NCBI GenBank assembly: GCA_033763455.1
Contig: JANRKO010000084.1
Coordinates: 1 to 50,879 of the forward strand
Direction: 5' to 3'
DNA: 50,879 nt
From: Polyangiaceae bacterium
GTDB taxonomy: Bacteria; Myxococcota_A; Polyangia; Polyangiales; Polyangiaceae
The position numbers and the translations under genes are program-made. Positions 37,013-47,600 of the stretch are shown one piece after another; positions within the stretch are counted from its first letter, which is position 1; each line of letters opens with the position of its first letter. The notes beneath the pieces were generated by a model. That model was given only the letters and a program-made list of their open reading frames with translations, searched no databases and was not told where the DNA came from.

Positions 37013-37767
37013 GGTGCAAGAGCTCCGGCGCCTAGAAATTCAGCGTAGCCGCGCGCTTCCAGATCTTGAGCGAGTGTGTGCGTGCCAGACTTCACAATCT
37101 TGCCACCCACCAGAACGTGCACGTAATCGGGCTGAATGTATTCGAGCAGGCGCTGATAGTGGGTGATGAGCAGCATCGAAACTTGCGGGCCACGCTGGGC
37201 GTTCACGCCGTTGGCAACAATGCGCAAGGCGTCAATATCGAGGCCAGAGTCTGTTTCGTCTAAGATGGCCAACTTGGGCGCAAGGAGCGCCATTTGGAAG
37301 ATTTCATTGCGCTTCTTCTCGCCACCAGAAAATCCAACATTCACCGGTCGCTGGGTGAGCGCATCGCTCAGCTCAACGAGCTTGGCCTTTTCCTTAGCCA
37401 GCGCCATGAAATCCACGGCGTCGTATTCGGAGAGGCCGCGGTGCTTTCTTATCGCGTTCACCGCTGCCTTGAGGAAGTACAGATTGCTCACCCCCGGGAG
37501 CTCCACCGGGTATTGGAAACCCAAAAACACCCCTTCACGCGCGCGGATTTCCGGCGCCATTTCCAGGAGGTTCTTGCCTTCATAGGTCACCGTTCCGCTC
37601 GTGATCTTGTACCCGGGCTTGCCCGCGAGCACGCTCGCAAGAGTGCTCTTTCCGGAGCCGTTGGGCCCCATCACGGCGTGCACCTCGCCGGCCTTGATAT
37701 CGAGATTGATACCTTTGAGGATGCTTTTGCCGTCTACAGAGGCGGAGAGTTCTTCGATCTTTAACAT
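37009..37767 (-). CDS. sufC: Fe-S cluster assembly ATPase SufC
   Basis: GPNGSGKST, FQYPVE, FSGGEKKRNEI, LDETDSGLD, ITHYQRLL. Confidence 0.97.
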   Translation of the reverse strand: MLKIEELSASVDGKSILKGINLDIKAGEVHAVMGPNGSGKSTLASVLAGKPGYKITSGTVTYEGKNLLEMAPEIRAREGVFLGFQYPVELPGVSNLYFLKAAVNAIRKHRGLSEYDAVDFMALAKEKAKLVELSDALTQRPVNVGFSGGEKKRNEIFQMALLAPKLAILDETDSGLDIDALRIVANGVNAQRGPQVSMLLITHYQRLLEYIQPDYVHVLVGGKIVKSGTHTLAQDLEARGYAEFLGAGALAP

Positions 37768-37867
37768 GAGATTTCGCGTTGTTCTGGAGGTCTTAGAAGT
37801 CCTTCGACTTCTTTGCCGAAGGAGGGAACAGATTCAAGTATGAGCAAAAAGGAGGAAGCTGCGTGGG

Positions 37868-39313
37868 CTAACCAACGGCGCCTTCGAGGCTTACGCCGAG
37901 CAGCTTCTGCGCTTCGACGGCAAACTCCATCGGGAGCTCTTTCAAAACCTCTTTGCAGAAACCATTGACGATCATGCTCACGGCGTCTTCCTCGGTGAGG
38001 CCGCGCTGCAAGCAATAAAAGAGCTGATCTTCTCCGATGCGGGAAGTGGTGGCTTCATGCTCTAAAGTGGCGCTTTGGTTGCGCACTTCCACGTAAGGTA
38101 CGGTGTGCGCGCTTGCGGTGCTGCCGATGAGCATGGAATCGCAACGCGTGAAGTTACGCGCATTCACGGCGCCCTTCAGGATCTTCACTTGCCCACGGTA
38201 GGTGTTCTGGCCGTGCCCGGCGGAGATCCCTTTGGAGACGATGGTGCTGGTGGTGTTTTTGCCGATGTGAATCATCTTCGTGCCAGTGTCGGCTTGCTGG
38301 CGGTTATTGGTGAGGGCCACCGAATAGAATTCGCCCACCGAATTGTCGCCCTGCAGAATGCAGCTCGGGTACTTCCAGGTGATGGCCGAGCCCGTTTCCA
38401 CCTGTGTCCACGAAATTTTGGCGTTTTCGGCGCATTTTCCGCGCTTGGTCACGAAATTAAAAATCCCACCGCGGCCGTCTTTATCCCCGGGGTACCAGTT
38501 CTGAACCGTGGAGTATTTGATCTGGGCGTTATCGAGCGCCACCAGCTCCACCACGGCTGCGTGGAGTTGATTTTCGTCGCGCATGGGCGCCGTGCAACCC
38601 TCTAAGTAGCTCACGTAGCTGCCTTCATCCGCCACAACGAGGGTGCGTTCGAATTGGCCCGTCTTGGCGGCGTTAATCCGAAAGTATGTGGAAAGCTCCA
38701 TCGGGCAGCGAACACCCTTGGGGATGTAAACAAAAGAGCCATCAGTAAATACTGCCGAATTGAGCGCTGCGTAAAAGTTGTCTGCAGCGGGCACCACTGT
38801 TGCCAGATACTTCTGAACCAGCTCTGGGTGTTCTTTCACGGCTTCCGAGAAGGAGCAAAAGATCACGCCCATGGTGGCGAGCTTGGCTTTGAAGGTGGTA
38901 GCCACGCTCACGCTGTCGAACACAGCATCCACAGCGATGCCGGCCAGCGCCGCTCGCTCGTGCAGCGGAATGCCGAGCTTCTCATACGTTTTTAGGAGCT
39001 CAGGATCGACCTCATCCAAGCTCTTCGGGCCGTCTTTGTCAGATTTCGGCGCCGAATAGTAGATGATCTGTTGGTAGTCGATTTCGGGGTAGTGCACCTT
39101 GGCCCACTTCGGTGTGGGCATCTTTTGCCAGAGCTTATAAGCCTTCAGTCGGAAATCGAGCAGCCACGCGGGCTCATCTTTCTTCTTGGAGATGAAGCGA
39201 ATCACCTCCTCGGAAAGGCCCGGCGCAACTTGATCTTGCTCAATATCCGTAGACCAACCGGCGCTGTAGTCGCGGCTGAGGAGCTGATTGATGTGTTCAG
39301 TGGAGTTAGCCAT
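37868..39313 (-). CDS. sufB: Fe-S cluster assembly protein SufB
   Basis: [50 protein letters not shown]. Confidence 0.97.
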   Translation of the reverse strand: MANSTEHINQLLSRDYSAGWSTDIEQDQVAPGLSEEVIRFISKKKDEPAWLLDFRLKAYKLWQKMPTPKWAKVHYPEIDYQQIIYYSAPKSDKDGPKSLDEVDPELLKTYEKLGIPLHERAALAGIAVDAVFDSVSVATTFKAKLATMGVIFCSFSEAVKEHPELVQKYLATVVPAADNFYAALNSAVFTDGSFVYIPKGVRCPMELSTYFRINAAKTGQFERTLVVADEGSYVSYLEGCTAPMRDENQLHAAVVELVALDNAQIKYSTVQNWYPGDKDGRGGIFNFVTKRGKCAENAKISWTQVETGSAITWKYPSCILQGDNSVGEFYSVALTNNRQQADTGTKMIHIGKNTTSTIVSKGISAGHGQNTYRGQVKILKGAVNARNFTRCDSMLIGSTASAHTVPYVEVRNQSATLEHEATTSRIGEDQLFYCLQRGLTEEDAVSMIVNGFCKEVLKELPMEFAVEAQKLLGVSLEGAVG

Positions 39314-39330
39314 GAAAAAGTTCGCGCGTC

Positions 39331-39801
39331 TCAGCTCAAGTGAGTGTTGGTAGGGTGAGGCTTAGCGGATAACTGCACGAGGCGAGGCCCGAGCGGGCGC
39401 GACATCTCTTCGAGCGTAATGTTCTCAAGTGCGCCAAAAATTGCGTGGTTGATCTTGACCCAGTTGGATTCCACCGGGCAGTGCCCCGTATAGTCGCAAG
39501 ATTCGCCATCGCGACTACATTCCGTAACGGCAATGGGCCCTTCGACGGCTTTCACCACATCCGCCACGGTGATGGCAGTGGCGGCTCGCGCCAAACGATA
39601 CCCGCCTGCGAGGCCGCGTTCGGACTCCACTAGGCCTGCTCGCGCCAGCTCCTTCAAGATTTTGCTCACGGTGGGGGCGGGGAGGCGGCTGCGTTCCGCG
39701 AGATCTCGTGCGGTACTCACGCTCAGGTGCTGCCCGTCCGTTCGTACCAAATGCGCCAAAACCACGATGGCGTAGTCGGTGAGCTTGGTGATTCGGAGCA
39801 T
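39331..39801 (-). CDS. sufR: Rrf2-family SUF system regulator
   Basis: [30 protein letters not shown], three Cys (TEC...C...C); first gene of the suf operon. Confidence 0.88.
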   Translation of the reverse strand: MLRITKLTDYAIVVLAHLVRTDGQHLSVSTARDLAERSRLPAPTVSKILKELARAGLVESERGLAGGYRLARAATAITVADVVKAVEGPIAVTECSRDGESCDYTGHCPVESNWVKINHAIFGALENITLEEMSRPLGPRLVQLSAKPHPTNTHLS

Positions 39802-39840
39802 TGGGAGGGGGATTTTCTGGTGAGCGGCCAGTGGGCCTAT

Positions 39841-39889
39841 AATGAGGACTGATTCGGTCTGATTTACGAGCTGGGCTCTAGGGCGTCAA
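39841..39889 (-). promoter_or_regulatory. Sigma70-like suf promoter with an overlapping Rrf2-type operator
   Basis: Minus strand TTGACG-N17-TAAATC (39889-39861). The imperfect palindrome AAATCAGAC-N7-GTCCTCATT (39865-39841) overlaps the -10 element. Confidence 0.6.
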
Positions 39890-39980
39890 GTAGAAGTCCC
39901 ACTTTCCGCAGGTCCGGCACTCACTTGGGCGAGTTGCTCAGTGTGGGTGGGGCCGAGGCGGCCTGCAATACGCTGCGGGC

Positions 39981-41030
39981 CTACGGTGTGAGCTTAGCGT
40001 CCAATTCTTCCAAGGACTTTAGAAGCTCGGCAGGCAACTCGTCCAATGCCAAGACGTCGTAACGTTCGGTGGGTGTGGTAACGATCTTCATCGAGCAATA
40101 GGCGGTCTCGGCCGTGTCGATGAACCCCGCCCGTAGGGAACGCAGTGCGCTTGTTTCCATAGCATCAGTAATCAGGGTGCCAGGCGTGCCCGCTTGCGCG
40201 ATCTGTTGAAGATCATATGAAAGCGGCCAGCTCGCTTGATGTGGCCAAGGAAACTCGTTGGAAGAAGGCCCGACGGCGGTCACGCGTATTGGGCCAATCA
40301 GGGGCTCCCCGCTCGCCGCTAGCAAATTGAGCCAATGCCTTGCGGGCTCGATGCTTGCTACGCTTGGGGTCATGCCTCCCTCGCAGACACGGACTTCTCC
40401 GTCGAAGCCTGCAACGGAGATCCGCCACGTAGGCGGCTGGGTGATTCGAAACGGACAGGACTCAGATGTCGAACAAAGACTCCAGTTGGGATAGTTGGCT
40501 AGGCCCATCTGCGCGATCAGTTGGGTTGCCATCTCGGACGTTAACACGCCTGTTCGCACTCCCTGCATAGCATCTGTCAGCGCAAAAAAACGACACTCAC
40601 CCGTAACCAACAGGAACTGAACGCCGTCCCGGATTGTGGCTGGTGCGTGGGTACACTTATCGGAGTGGTCTGTGCGCACCGCCAAACTAATCCCTGGTGT
40701 GCCTGGACAGAGGGAGGCCGCGCTAATCGGTGGAGTGTCGAGGTTTGCCGTGCCACATCCATTTGGTGGAGGAGTGTTCGCGCCGAGCCCCGTATTAATC
40801 GTTGTAGTGCCAACCGGAGCACCACCGGTTGTGACAGGAGCTCCGCCGGTTGATAGGCCCGTTGCTGCATTCATGCCCACGGCAGCGGCTCCACCGCTCG
40901 AGGAGCTAATGCTTTGTGCGGGTGCGGCCTGAGCGATCGGCATCCCGGGCGCCTCGGCCTTTCCCCCACACGCCGACAACGCCTGGCCCAGGCACCCAAG
41001 CATCAGACCCTGGAACGCTCTCCGCAGCAC
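39981..41030 (-). CDS. Hypothetical lipoprotein
   Basis: Lipobox LSA-C, low-complexity linker, Cys-containing domain of about 240 aa. Start uncertain. Confidence 0.6.
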   Translation of the reverse strand: MLRRAFQGLMLGCLGQALSACGGKAEAPGMPIAQAAPAQSISSSSGGAAAVGMNAATGLSTGGAPVTTGGAPVGTTTINTGLGANTPPPNGCGTANLDTPPISAASLCPGTPGISLAVRTDHSDKCTHAPATIRDGVQFLLVTGECRFFALTDAMQGVRTGVLTSEMATQLIAQMGLANYPNWSLCSTSESCPFRITQPPTWRISVAGFDGEVRVCEGGMTPSVASIEPARHWLNLLAASGEPLIGPIRVTAVGPSSNEFPWPHQASWPLSYDLQQIAQAGTPGTLITDAMETSALRSLRAGFIDTAETAYCSMKIVTTPTERYDVLALDELPAELLKSLEELDAKLTP

Positions 41031-41216
41031 GCGAAGACAGTAGCAAGGGGTTTGGCCCAAGCAAACCCTTACCCCTTTGGCGGCTTCACCGCAGAATTTG
41101 CTTGCCGAAAAACTTGTGGCGAGCGCCAATTCCCTGATGTCCGCACGGGTGGAATTTACGAAGCCAACGTTGGGCAGGAGCTCACTCAACGTGGGTGAGG
41201 CGGAGCCTTCGCTCGG

Positions 41217-42080
41217 CTAACGGTTGGGCCCGATCGCGAGTAGGGCGGCCAGTTCTCGCATGTTGGGCGGCTTGACCAGGTGCTGGTCAAAGCCTGCCTC
41301 TTTCAACCTGGCAGCGCCGGTCTGATATCCGGTCACTGCGATCAGCAGCAAACGTACACTTTGTGCTTGCGGTCGATCGGTTCGAAGAGGTCGGTGAAGG
41401 CGCCAACCGACTCCGACGCGCCGAGCAGCAAGAAGCCACCGGGCTTGAGCGCATAGTGGAACGTGGGCATCGCCTTCTTCTGCAAACTCGGCTCGAGGTA
41501 GATGAGCAGGTTGCGGCAGCTGATTAGGTCCATGCGCGAAAACGGCGGGTCCGTGATCAGGTTCTGTCGCGCGAACACCACCATCTCGCGCAGCGACTTG
41601 CTCACTCGATAGCCGCCTTGCTCCTCCACGAAGAAGCGCCGCAGTCGCTCCGGGCCGAGCTCGTCGACCAGTGACTTCGCGTACAGGCCGCTACGCGCCT
41701 TGGCGAGCAGCCCCTCGTTGAGGTCGGTGGCGAAGACCTGCAGATTGCGGCGCCTCGGCGCGCGATCCACGACTTCTGAGAACGCGATCGCGATCGAGTA
41801 GGCTTCTTGACCCGTCGAGCAGCCGAGCACCCACACGCGTAGCGGCTCGTCGCCGGGCTGGGCGAGTAGCTCGGGTAAGACTCGCTGCTCGAGTACGTCG
41901 AACGTCTCCGGGTTGCGGAAGAAGCTGGTCACGCTGATCAGCACGTCCGAGTACAGAGCGTCGAGCTCGCTGCCATTGTCACGCAAGAAGCCGGCGTAGG
42001 CTTCGAGCGTCTCGTGTCTGCTGAGCAGGAGTCGCCGAGCGATTCGCCGCCGAATCGTGGTGGACTTGTACAGCGAGTCA
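41217..42080 (-). pseudogene. CheB/CheR-hybrid sensor remnant: CheR methyltransferase fragment fused to a receiver-domain tail
   Basis: SLYKSTTIRRRI, ISVTSFFR, RVWVLGCSTGQEAYS, DLISCRNLLIY, LKPGGFLLLG. Then, out of frame, RLLLIAVTGYQ...AGFDQHLVKP...* (REC end). The 5' end and kinase core are missing. Confidence 0.8.
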
Positions 42081-42335
42081 TGCGTGAATGGCAACCAGGA
42101 TGACAACGGCGCCGCTGATAGAGCCGCCGGGGCGGCAATGCCACCACAGTGAGCCTGAAAAATGACCTATATAAATGACGCTCTGGTGCTAAAGTTCCGT
42201 AACGGCACCCAGTCACATCTGAGCATTGCTTTCTTACGGCCGGCGCGTAGGCTGCGAGCGAGTCATGAAAAAAACAGCAAAATGAAGGCTGTTTATGGCC
42301 GGGGTGTACGGTATGGAAAGGCAAGGAGTCTAGTT

Positions 42336-43985
42336 ATGTACTTATCGACCGATCAGAGGCGCGGAGGGCGTAGTGCTAAGGTTATTGCGGCGGTAGTGGC
42401 CCAGTTGGCGCTTACGGCGCCGTGCTTCGCGCACGACAACGGCGTGGCCCGAACACCGCCAATGGGTTGGAACACGTTTGAGGCGTTCGTCGGCGAGTAC
42501 GACGACGCTATCTTGCGGGGCAACATCGATGCCTTAGTGAGCACGGGCCTTCGCGATGTGGGCTACACGTACTTCAACCTCGATGGTGGCTGGTGGCAAT
42601 ACAAGCCTGCCGGCCAGCACCGTGATGCTCAAGGCAACTTGAGGATTGCGACCACGGCTGCGGGCTGTGAGCACGAACCTCCGTGCATGTACTACGCGAA
42701 CGGCAAGCAGGGGCTACTTGACCTGGCCAACTACGCGCGCGGCAAAGGGCTCAAGTTTGGCATCTACCTGCAGCCCACCGAGCAGCTCTTCACTTGCAAC
42801 TACCTCCAACAAGACGTCGAGCTTCTGAAGTACCTCGGCGTAGCGTTCCTGAAGTATGACGGGTATACGACGCCCGAAAACTCCCCCTGCTTCCCTCAAA
42901 TGCGGGATGCACTTCTCAGTAGCGGGCTACAGGTTGTCTACAGTGTGAACGCCACCCACGCTCCGCAGCGCTTCGAGTTCGCCAACATGTGGCGAACCGC
43001 CGGCGACATCAGCAACGACTTCCAATATATCATGAACTCCGCTGACAGTGTGGCCAGCAAGGAAGCAGCGGACCGAGCGGGCCCGGGAGCTTGGAATGAC
43101 CCCGACATGCTGGTGATGGGCAACGAAGACGTCTCGGTCGACCTGGGAAGGCTGCAACTGAGCCTTTGGTCTATTGTGGCCGCGCCCCTTTTGATCTCGA
43201 CCGACTTGAGAAACGCCACGCCTGAAACCATTGCCGTCTACGCCAACACCGAGGTCATCGCAGTCAACCAAGACCCGCTTGGCAAGGCGGGGTACCGCGT
43301 GAGCCCCGCGGGTAACACGGAGGTGTGGGCACGCGAGTTGAGCGACGGTGGCCGGGCCGTGGTGCTTCTAAACCGCGGAATGAGCGCCACTAACGTAACC
43401 GCCCAGTGGAGCCAGGTGGGTGCCCAAGGCAGCCAGACAGTGCGTGACCTTTGGGCCCACGCAAATCTCGGAACCATGGACAGCAGTTTCACGGCCAACG
43501 TGCCGCCCCAGGGAGTCGTGATGGTTAAGATTGGCGGCAGCGGAATCATCCCCCCTTCGGCAACGGGTGGCGCACCGAATGCGAACACTGGCGGCATGCC
43601 TGTTAACACGGGTGGTTCGGGGGCAGGTGGCGCCAGCTCGGGAGGTACCAGCTCGGGAGGTATCAGCTCGGGAGGTGCCAGCTCGGGAGGTGCCAGCTCG
43701 GGTGGCGGGATTGGTGGTGCCGGCAGCCCAATCGGTGGCAACCGTTCGCAAGTTGGCGGCAGCAACTCTTCGAGCGGTGGCGCTTCTAGCACCGCCAGCG
43801 GCGGGTTCTCATCTAACCTTGGGGCTTCTGCGAATGGCGGCCCCATGTCCAGCGGAGGTGGACGAAAAGGGTCTGGCTCGAGTTGTGGTTTCGCGATTGC
43901 GTCTGACTCGACTTGGGTTTGGGCAGCTGTGAGCTTTCTCGGCCTATCGGCTCTTCGCAGTCGCCGTCGGCGGTGGAAAGGCTGA
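42336..43985 (+). CDS. GH27 alpha-galactosidase-like protein with MYXO-CTERM-like anchor
   Basis: RBS aaggag; TPPMGWN, LKFGIY, FLKYD, WRTAGD, WNDPDML, APLLI, IAVNQD; Gly/Ser linker; tail SCG...hydrophobic...RRRR. Confidence 0.88.
   Translation: MYLSTDQRRGGRSAKVIAAVVAQLALTAPCFAHDNGVARTPPMGWNTFEAFVGEYDDAILRGNIDALVSTGLRDVGYTYFNLDGGWWQYKPAGQHRDAQGNLRIATTAAGCEHEPPCMYYANGKQGLLDLANYARGKGLKFGIYLQPTEQLFTCNYLQQDVELLKYLGVAFLKYDGYTTPENSPCFPQMRDALLSSGLQVVYSVNATHAPQRFEFANMWRTAGDISNDFQYIMNSADSVASKEAADRAGPGAWNDPDMLVMGNEDVSVDLGRLQLSLWSIVAAPLLISTDLRNATPETIAVYANTEVIAVNQDPLGKAGYRVSPAGNTEVWARELSDGGRAVVLLNRGMSATNVTAQWSQVGAQGSQTVRDLWAHANLGTMDSSFTANVPPQGVVMVKIGGSGIIPPSATGGAPNANTGGMPVNTGGSGAGGASSGGTSSGGISSGGASSGGASSGGGIGGAGSPIGGNRSQVGGSNSSSGGASSTASGGFSSNLGASANGGPMSSGGGRKGSGSSCGFAIASDSTWVWAAVSFLGLSALRSRRRRWKG
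43632..43706 (+). repeat. Five 15-bp tandem repeats encoding (A/T/I)SSGG
   Basis: gccagctcgggaggt-like units in the GH27 linker. Confidence 0.85.
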
Positions 43986-44725
43986 ACGCCATGCCCTTGG
44001 TGGGGGGGCTGCTACTGCCAAGGGCCCGCAGTCTGGTTGATCTGCAACAGAACTGGCACCGCTACGAGGCGATGATTTCAACGGCCAAAGCAAGCGCTCG
44101 AAGCGCGCTGGCTAACAAAGCGTCGACGCCAACGAAAATCGAAGCCACAACACTCTCAAGCTCTCAGCCGACGAATCTGGCCGGTCAACGAGGTAGCAGT
44201 GCATTGTCGCGCAGCTAGCGAGGCTGTGGCCGTCAGCGGCACCGTGCGTTGCCAAGGGTGTGTGCCAAGCACCTTCTCAAGCTAACACGAGTTGATGAAG
44301 CTCACACGGGAGCCGTGGCTGCCATTCAGTCCTCAGATTCCGATCCCGGCTGAGGTCGTAGATGTAGCAACGCGCGCGTACGCGCCTGGAGCGCACCTTC
44401 GAGAAACACGGCCGCGCTCTCGCCCCACACCCCGAACGCTGCCGTGCAGTTGGGAGCTACGCGGCAGCAAGCTCCGTTTGGCGCGGCCGTGAACGTGAAG
44501 GTGATGGTTTGTTCGCGCTCGCCGGCTCCTGGCGTCGGATGAAGACTCGCGGCTAAGTCCAGGGGCTCCCTCATACTCAAGGGATAGCCGGAATGCTCCA
44601 CCGGCCGCCTCGTTGACCGGCGGCCACTTCGGAGACTATGATTTCGAGGGTTTTGTGTCTTCGAATTTCCGATGCAGTCGGGGTCGACAGTGATCCAATT
44701 TCATACTCGCATCTACAGGGTTAAC

Positions 44726-46249
44726 ATGAGCAGAGTACAGGTCATCGGCCTCCTAGGAACGTTGGTTCTCTCTTTGGTAGTCGGCTGCAGGGGCAGCACA
44801 AGCGACGCTGACGGCAGCAACCCAGTCGACATGCCGAGCAATTCGGACCCGTCGAGAAATCAGCCGCCCCCTTTCTCTGACCCTATCCCGCCGACCAACG
44901 TCCCGGGTGACTGCGGCCTCTCCCAGCCGGCGTTCTGCGAGACCTTCGACGCGCACCACCCGGGTGGCCGCGGCGGCCACATCGACGAGACGCGCTGGAG
45001 CTTCGCGCGCTGGACCCACACCTTTGAGAAGTTCTGGCACCGCGCCCCGGCGAGCACCTACCCGAATTCGCTCTTTCCGGCCACCTTCTGCGGCCAGCCC
45101 TTCTCGGGTTTGTTGCCACCTGACGACGTGCGTGTCTGCCCTGGGGTGGGGGTCGATGGGGTGCTATCGAATCAGCTCAACGAGGTGTTTGATGACCAGG
45201 AGGACTTCGGCTTCATCTCGATGCGAGTGCGCCAGCCCTTCGACTTCACCGACGGCGGCACGGTCGTTTGGGACGTCGACGCCAAGGTCAACCCCTATCA
45301 CCTGGGCCATGGCTGGTTCATGGAGATGTGGATCACCGAGGACCCCGCGCCGATGCCCTACCACGAAGCGCCGACCGTGGCGTCGATCCCGCGCAAAGGC
45401 CTCGGGCTTGCGTTTCGCTTCGGCGGCGGCTGCCCACAAAGCCCGGAGGATTGGCGCAGCGCTCTAGAGACCGTTCACGTCATGGACGACTACCGCATCA
45501 TTCACTCCTACGAAGGGCCCGGAGCGCTCGACCACACGAGCGACAATTGCATCCGCGTCGCCGACACCAAGCTTAATCACTTCGAGCTACGCCTAGCCAA
45601 GGACCGCCTTGAGCTGTGGGCGAGCGACTACGACGACCCGCAGAACACAAAGCTGCGAACCGTCGTCAACGACCTCGACTTGACGTTTACGCGCGGTTAC
45701 GTGCACTTCCAGCACGCCGCCTACAACGCCGCCAAAGACTGCAACTGCTCGGGGTGCGATGAGTGCGGCGATCCGCCCCGCGTCCAGCCGCTCGCCTACC
45801 CGTCCCGCAGTCAGACGTACCGCTGGGACAACCTTGGCTTCGACGGCCCTACTTACCCGACTCCGCGGGCCTACGACGTCCCCGACAACGACCTCGTCGA
45901 GTCGGGTGGTCTGCGCCTCGGCTGGTTACTCGGCGCGAGCGACGAGAAGTCCTTCACCATCCCCGGGGTCAACCTCAGTAATGCTCTTGCGGCTTCGCTC
46001 AACCTGACGGCGATGATCGCGGCAGGTAATCGCATCGAGCACCGCTGGAACGGTGGCACCTGGCAGAGCTTCGTCGTGCCGCGACGCGCCGGTCTGATTC
46101 AGGATGAACGCATCAGGAGCTTCTCCCTCCCCGTGCCGCTCAGTGACCTCGTGGCCGGCAGTAACAAGGTCGACATTCGACTCCCGGATGGCGAGGGCGT
46201 CCTACCGGGGATCGGCAACCTCGATCTCACGTTCGAGGTCTCGCAGTGA
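44726..46249 (+). CDS. Uncharacterised Trp/His/Cys-rich lipoprotein (beta-sandwich-like)
   Basis: Lipobox VVG-C; AFCETFD, WDVDAK, HLGHGW, GYVHFQHAAYNAAK, CNCSGCDEC, RWDNLGFDGP. Overlaps the next gene. Confidence 0.8.
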   Translation: MSRVQVIGLLGTLVLSLVVGCRGSTSDADGSNPVDMPSNSDPSRNQPPPFSDPIPPTNVPGDCGLSQPAFCETFDAHHPGGRGGHIDETRWSFARWTHTFEKFWHRAPASTYPNSLFPATFCGQPFSGLLPPDDVRVCPGVGVDGVLSNQLNEVFDDQEDFGFISMRVRQPFDFTDGGTVVWDVDAKVNPYHLGHGWFMEMWITEDPAPMPYHEAPTVASIPRKGLGLAFRFGGGCPQSPEDWRSALETVHVMDDYRIIHSYEGPGALDHTSDNCIRVADTKLNHFELRLAKDRLELWASDYDDPQNTKLRTVVNDLDLTFTRGYVHFQHAAYNAAKDCNCSGCDECGDPPRVQPLAYPSRSQTYRWDNLGFDGPTYPTPRAYDVPDNDLVESGGLRLGWLLGASDEKSFTIPGVNLSNALAASLNLTAMIAAGNRIEHRWNGGTWQSFVVPRRAGLIQDERIRSFSLPVPLSDLVAGSNKVDIRLPDGEGVLPGIGNLDLTFEVSQ

Positions 46250-47571
46250 TGCCTCGCGCGGCAGCTCTGGCACTGGCACTGGGCTTTGGTCTTGGGTGCG
46301 GCGAGACACCGGACGCGGTGGAGGGGCGCCCCTGGCTACCCGCTGACGTCGCCCCGAAGCTGATAGCGCTCTCTCCCGCCGAGTTGCCGCCGCCGCCGCC
46401 GGACGTGACGAACGGCTATGCCGACGATCCCCGCGCCCAGGCCTTGGGCCAAAAGCTCTTCTTCGATCCACGCTTCTCCGGCCCGCTGCTCGACCGGGAC
46501 AACACAGGCGCCCCAGGCACGCTTGGCCTCAAAGGCGAGGTCGGCAAGGTCGCCTGCGCGAGCTGCCACGACCCCCGGGCTGGCTTCTCGGACGTGCGCA
46601 GCCCACGGCGCCAGATCTCGCTCGCCTCGGGGTGGACGCGCCGGCGCTCGCCGGCGCTCTTGGACTTTGGGCAAGCCTCCGTTCTCAACTGGGATGGCCG
46701 GCACGACACGGCCTACAATCAAGTCTTCGGCGTCATCGAGAGCCCGCTCGAATTCAACAGCTCGCGCCTGTTCGTCGCGCAGCAGATCATTCAGTTTTAC
46801 AAAGACGAGTACGAGGCCATCTTCGGGCCTCTGCCCGATCTGAGCGCCTATGCGCCTCTCGGCCCCGAGGACGCCGGCTGCGCGACCATGCCGAGCGACC
46901 CGATGAGCGAGCGATGTCTGAAGCCCGGCCACGACGACGACGCAGTCATCCGTGTCGTCGTAAACATGGGCAAGGCCATCGGCGCTTATGAGCGACTGCT
47001 CACCTGCGGGCCAAGTCGCTTCGATGCCTGGGTGAACTCCGACCCGAACGCCCTCACGGCAGAAGAGCAGGCCGGTGCCGCCCTCTTCGTGCACGTCGGC
47101 TGCGACGACTGCCACGCCGGCCCTTACCTTACAGATCAGCGCTTCTACAACGTCGGTGCCGCCAACCACCTCGTGAATTTTATAGCACCCTTTGACGATC
47201 CGGGCGCCGCCATGGGCATCTCCGCCGCGCGCGCCGACCGCCTCAACGCCAGCGGGCCTTTCAGCGACGGCGACGATGGCCGCCTCGAGGCGTTCACGCA
47301 GAGTACCGAGGAGCTGCGTGGCGCCTTCCGCACGCCCACCCTGCGCTGCGTGAGCGGTCGCCCGAGCTTCCTGCACGCCGGTCAGCTCCGCTCACTCGAG
47401 GACGCAGTGGCGTTCTTCAATCGTGGTGGCGACCCGGCCGGGTTTCAAGGCGTGAGGGACACGCGGATGGTGCCGCTCGGCCTCAACGCCGAGCAACGCG
47501 CCCAGCTCGTCGCCTTCTTGCGCGCCCTGGACGGTCAAGGTCCGCCGCCGGAGCTTCTCGAAGCCCCTTAA
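46246..47571 (+). CDS. Di-heme cytochrome c peroxidase/MauG-family lipoprotein
   Basis: Lipobox GLG-C; LGQKLFFDPRFS, CASCH, WDGR, CDDCH, FRTPTLR, HAG. Confidence 0.9.
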   Translation: MMPRAAALALALGFGLGCGETPDAVEGRPWLPADVAPKLIALSPAELPPPPPDVTNGYADDPRAQALGQKLFFDPRFSGPLLDRDNTGAPGTLGLKGEVGKVACASCHDPRAGFSDVRSPRRQISLASGWTRRRSPALLDFGQASVLNWDGRHDTAYNQVFGVIESPLEFNSSRLFVAQQIIQFYKDEYEAIFGPLPDLSAYAPLGPEDAGCATMPSDPMSERCLKPGHDDDAVIRVVVNMGKAIGAYERLLTCGPSRFDAWVNSDPNALTAEEQAGAALFVHVGCDDCHAGPYLTDQRFYNVGAANHLVNFIAPFDDPGAAMGISAARADRLNASGPFSDGDDGRLEAFTQSTEELRGAFRTPTLRCVSGRPSFLHAGQLRSLEDAVAFFNRGGDPAGFQGVRDTRMVPLGLNAEQRAQLVAFLRALDGQGPPPELLEAP

Positions 47572-47600
47572 CCCTGAAGCCACTTAAATGAGGAGAGATC

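Noticed and set aside
43990..44670. Short ORFs between GH27 and the lipoprotein operon
   Set aside because: No recognisable motifs or RBS. They may be decayed remnants, but this cannot be supported.
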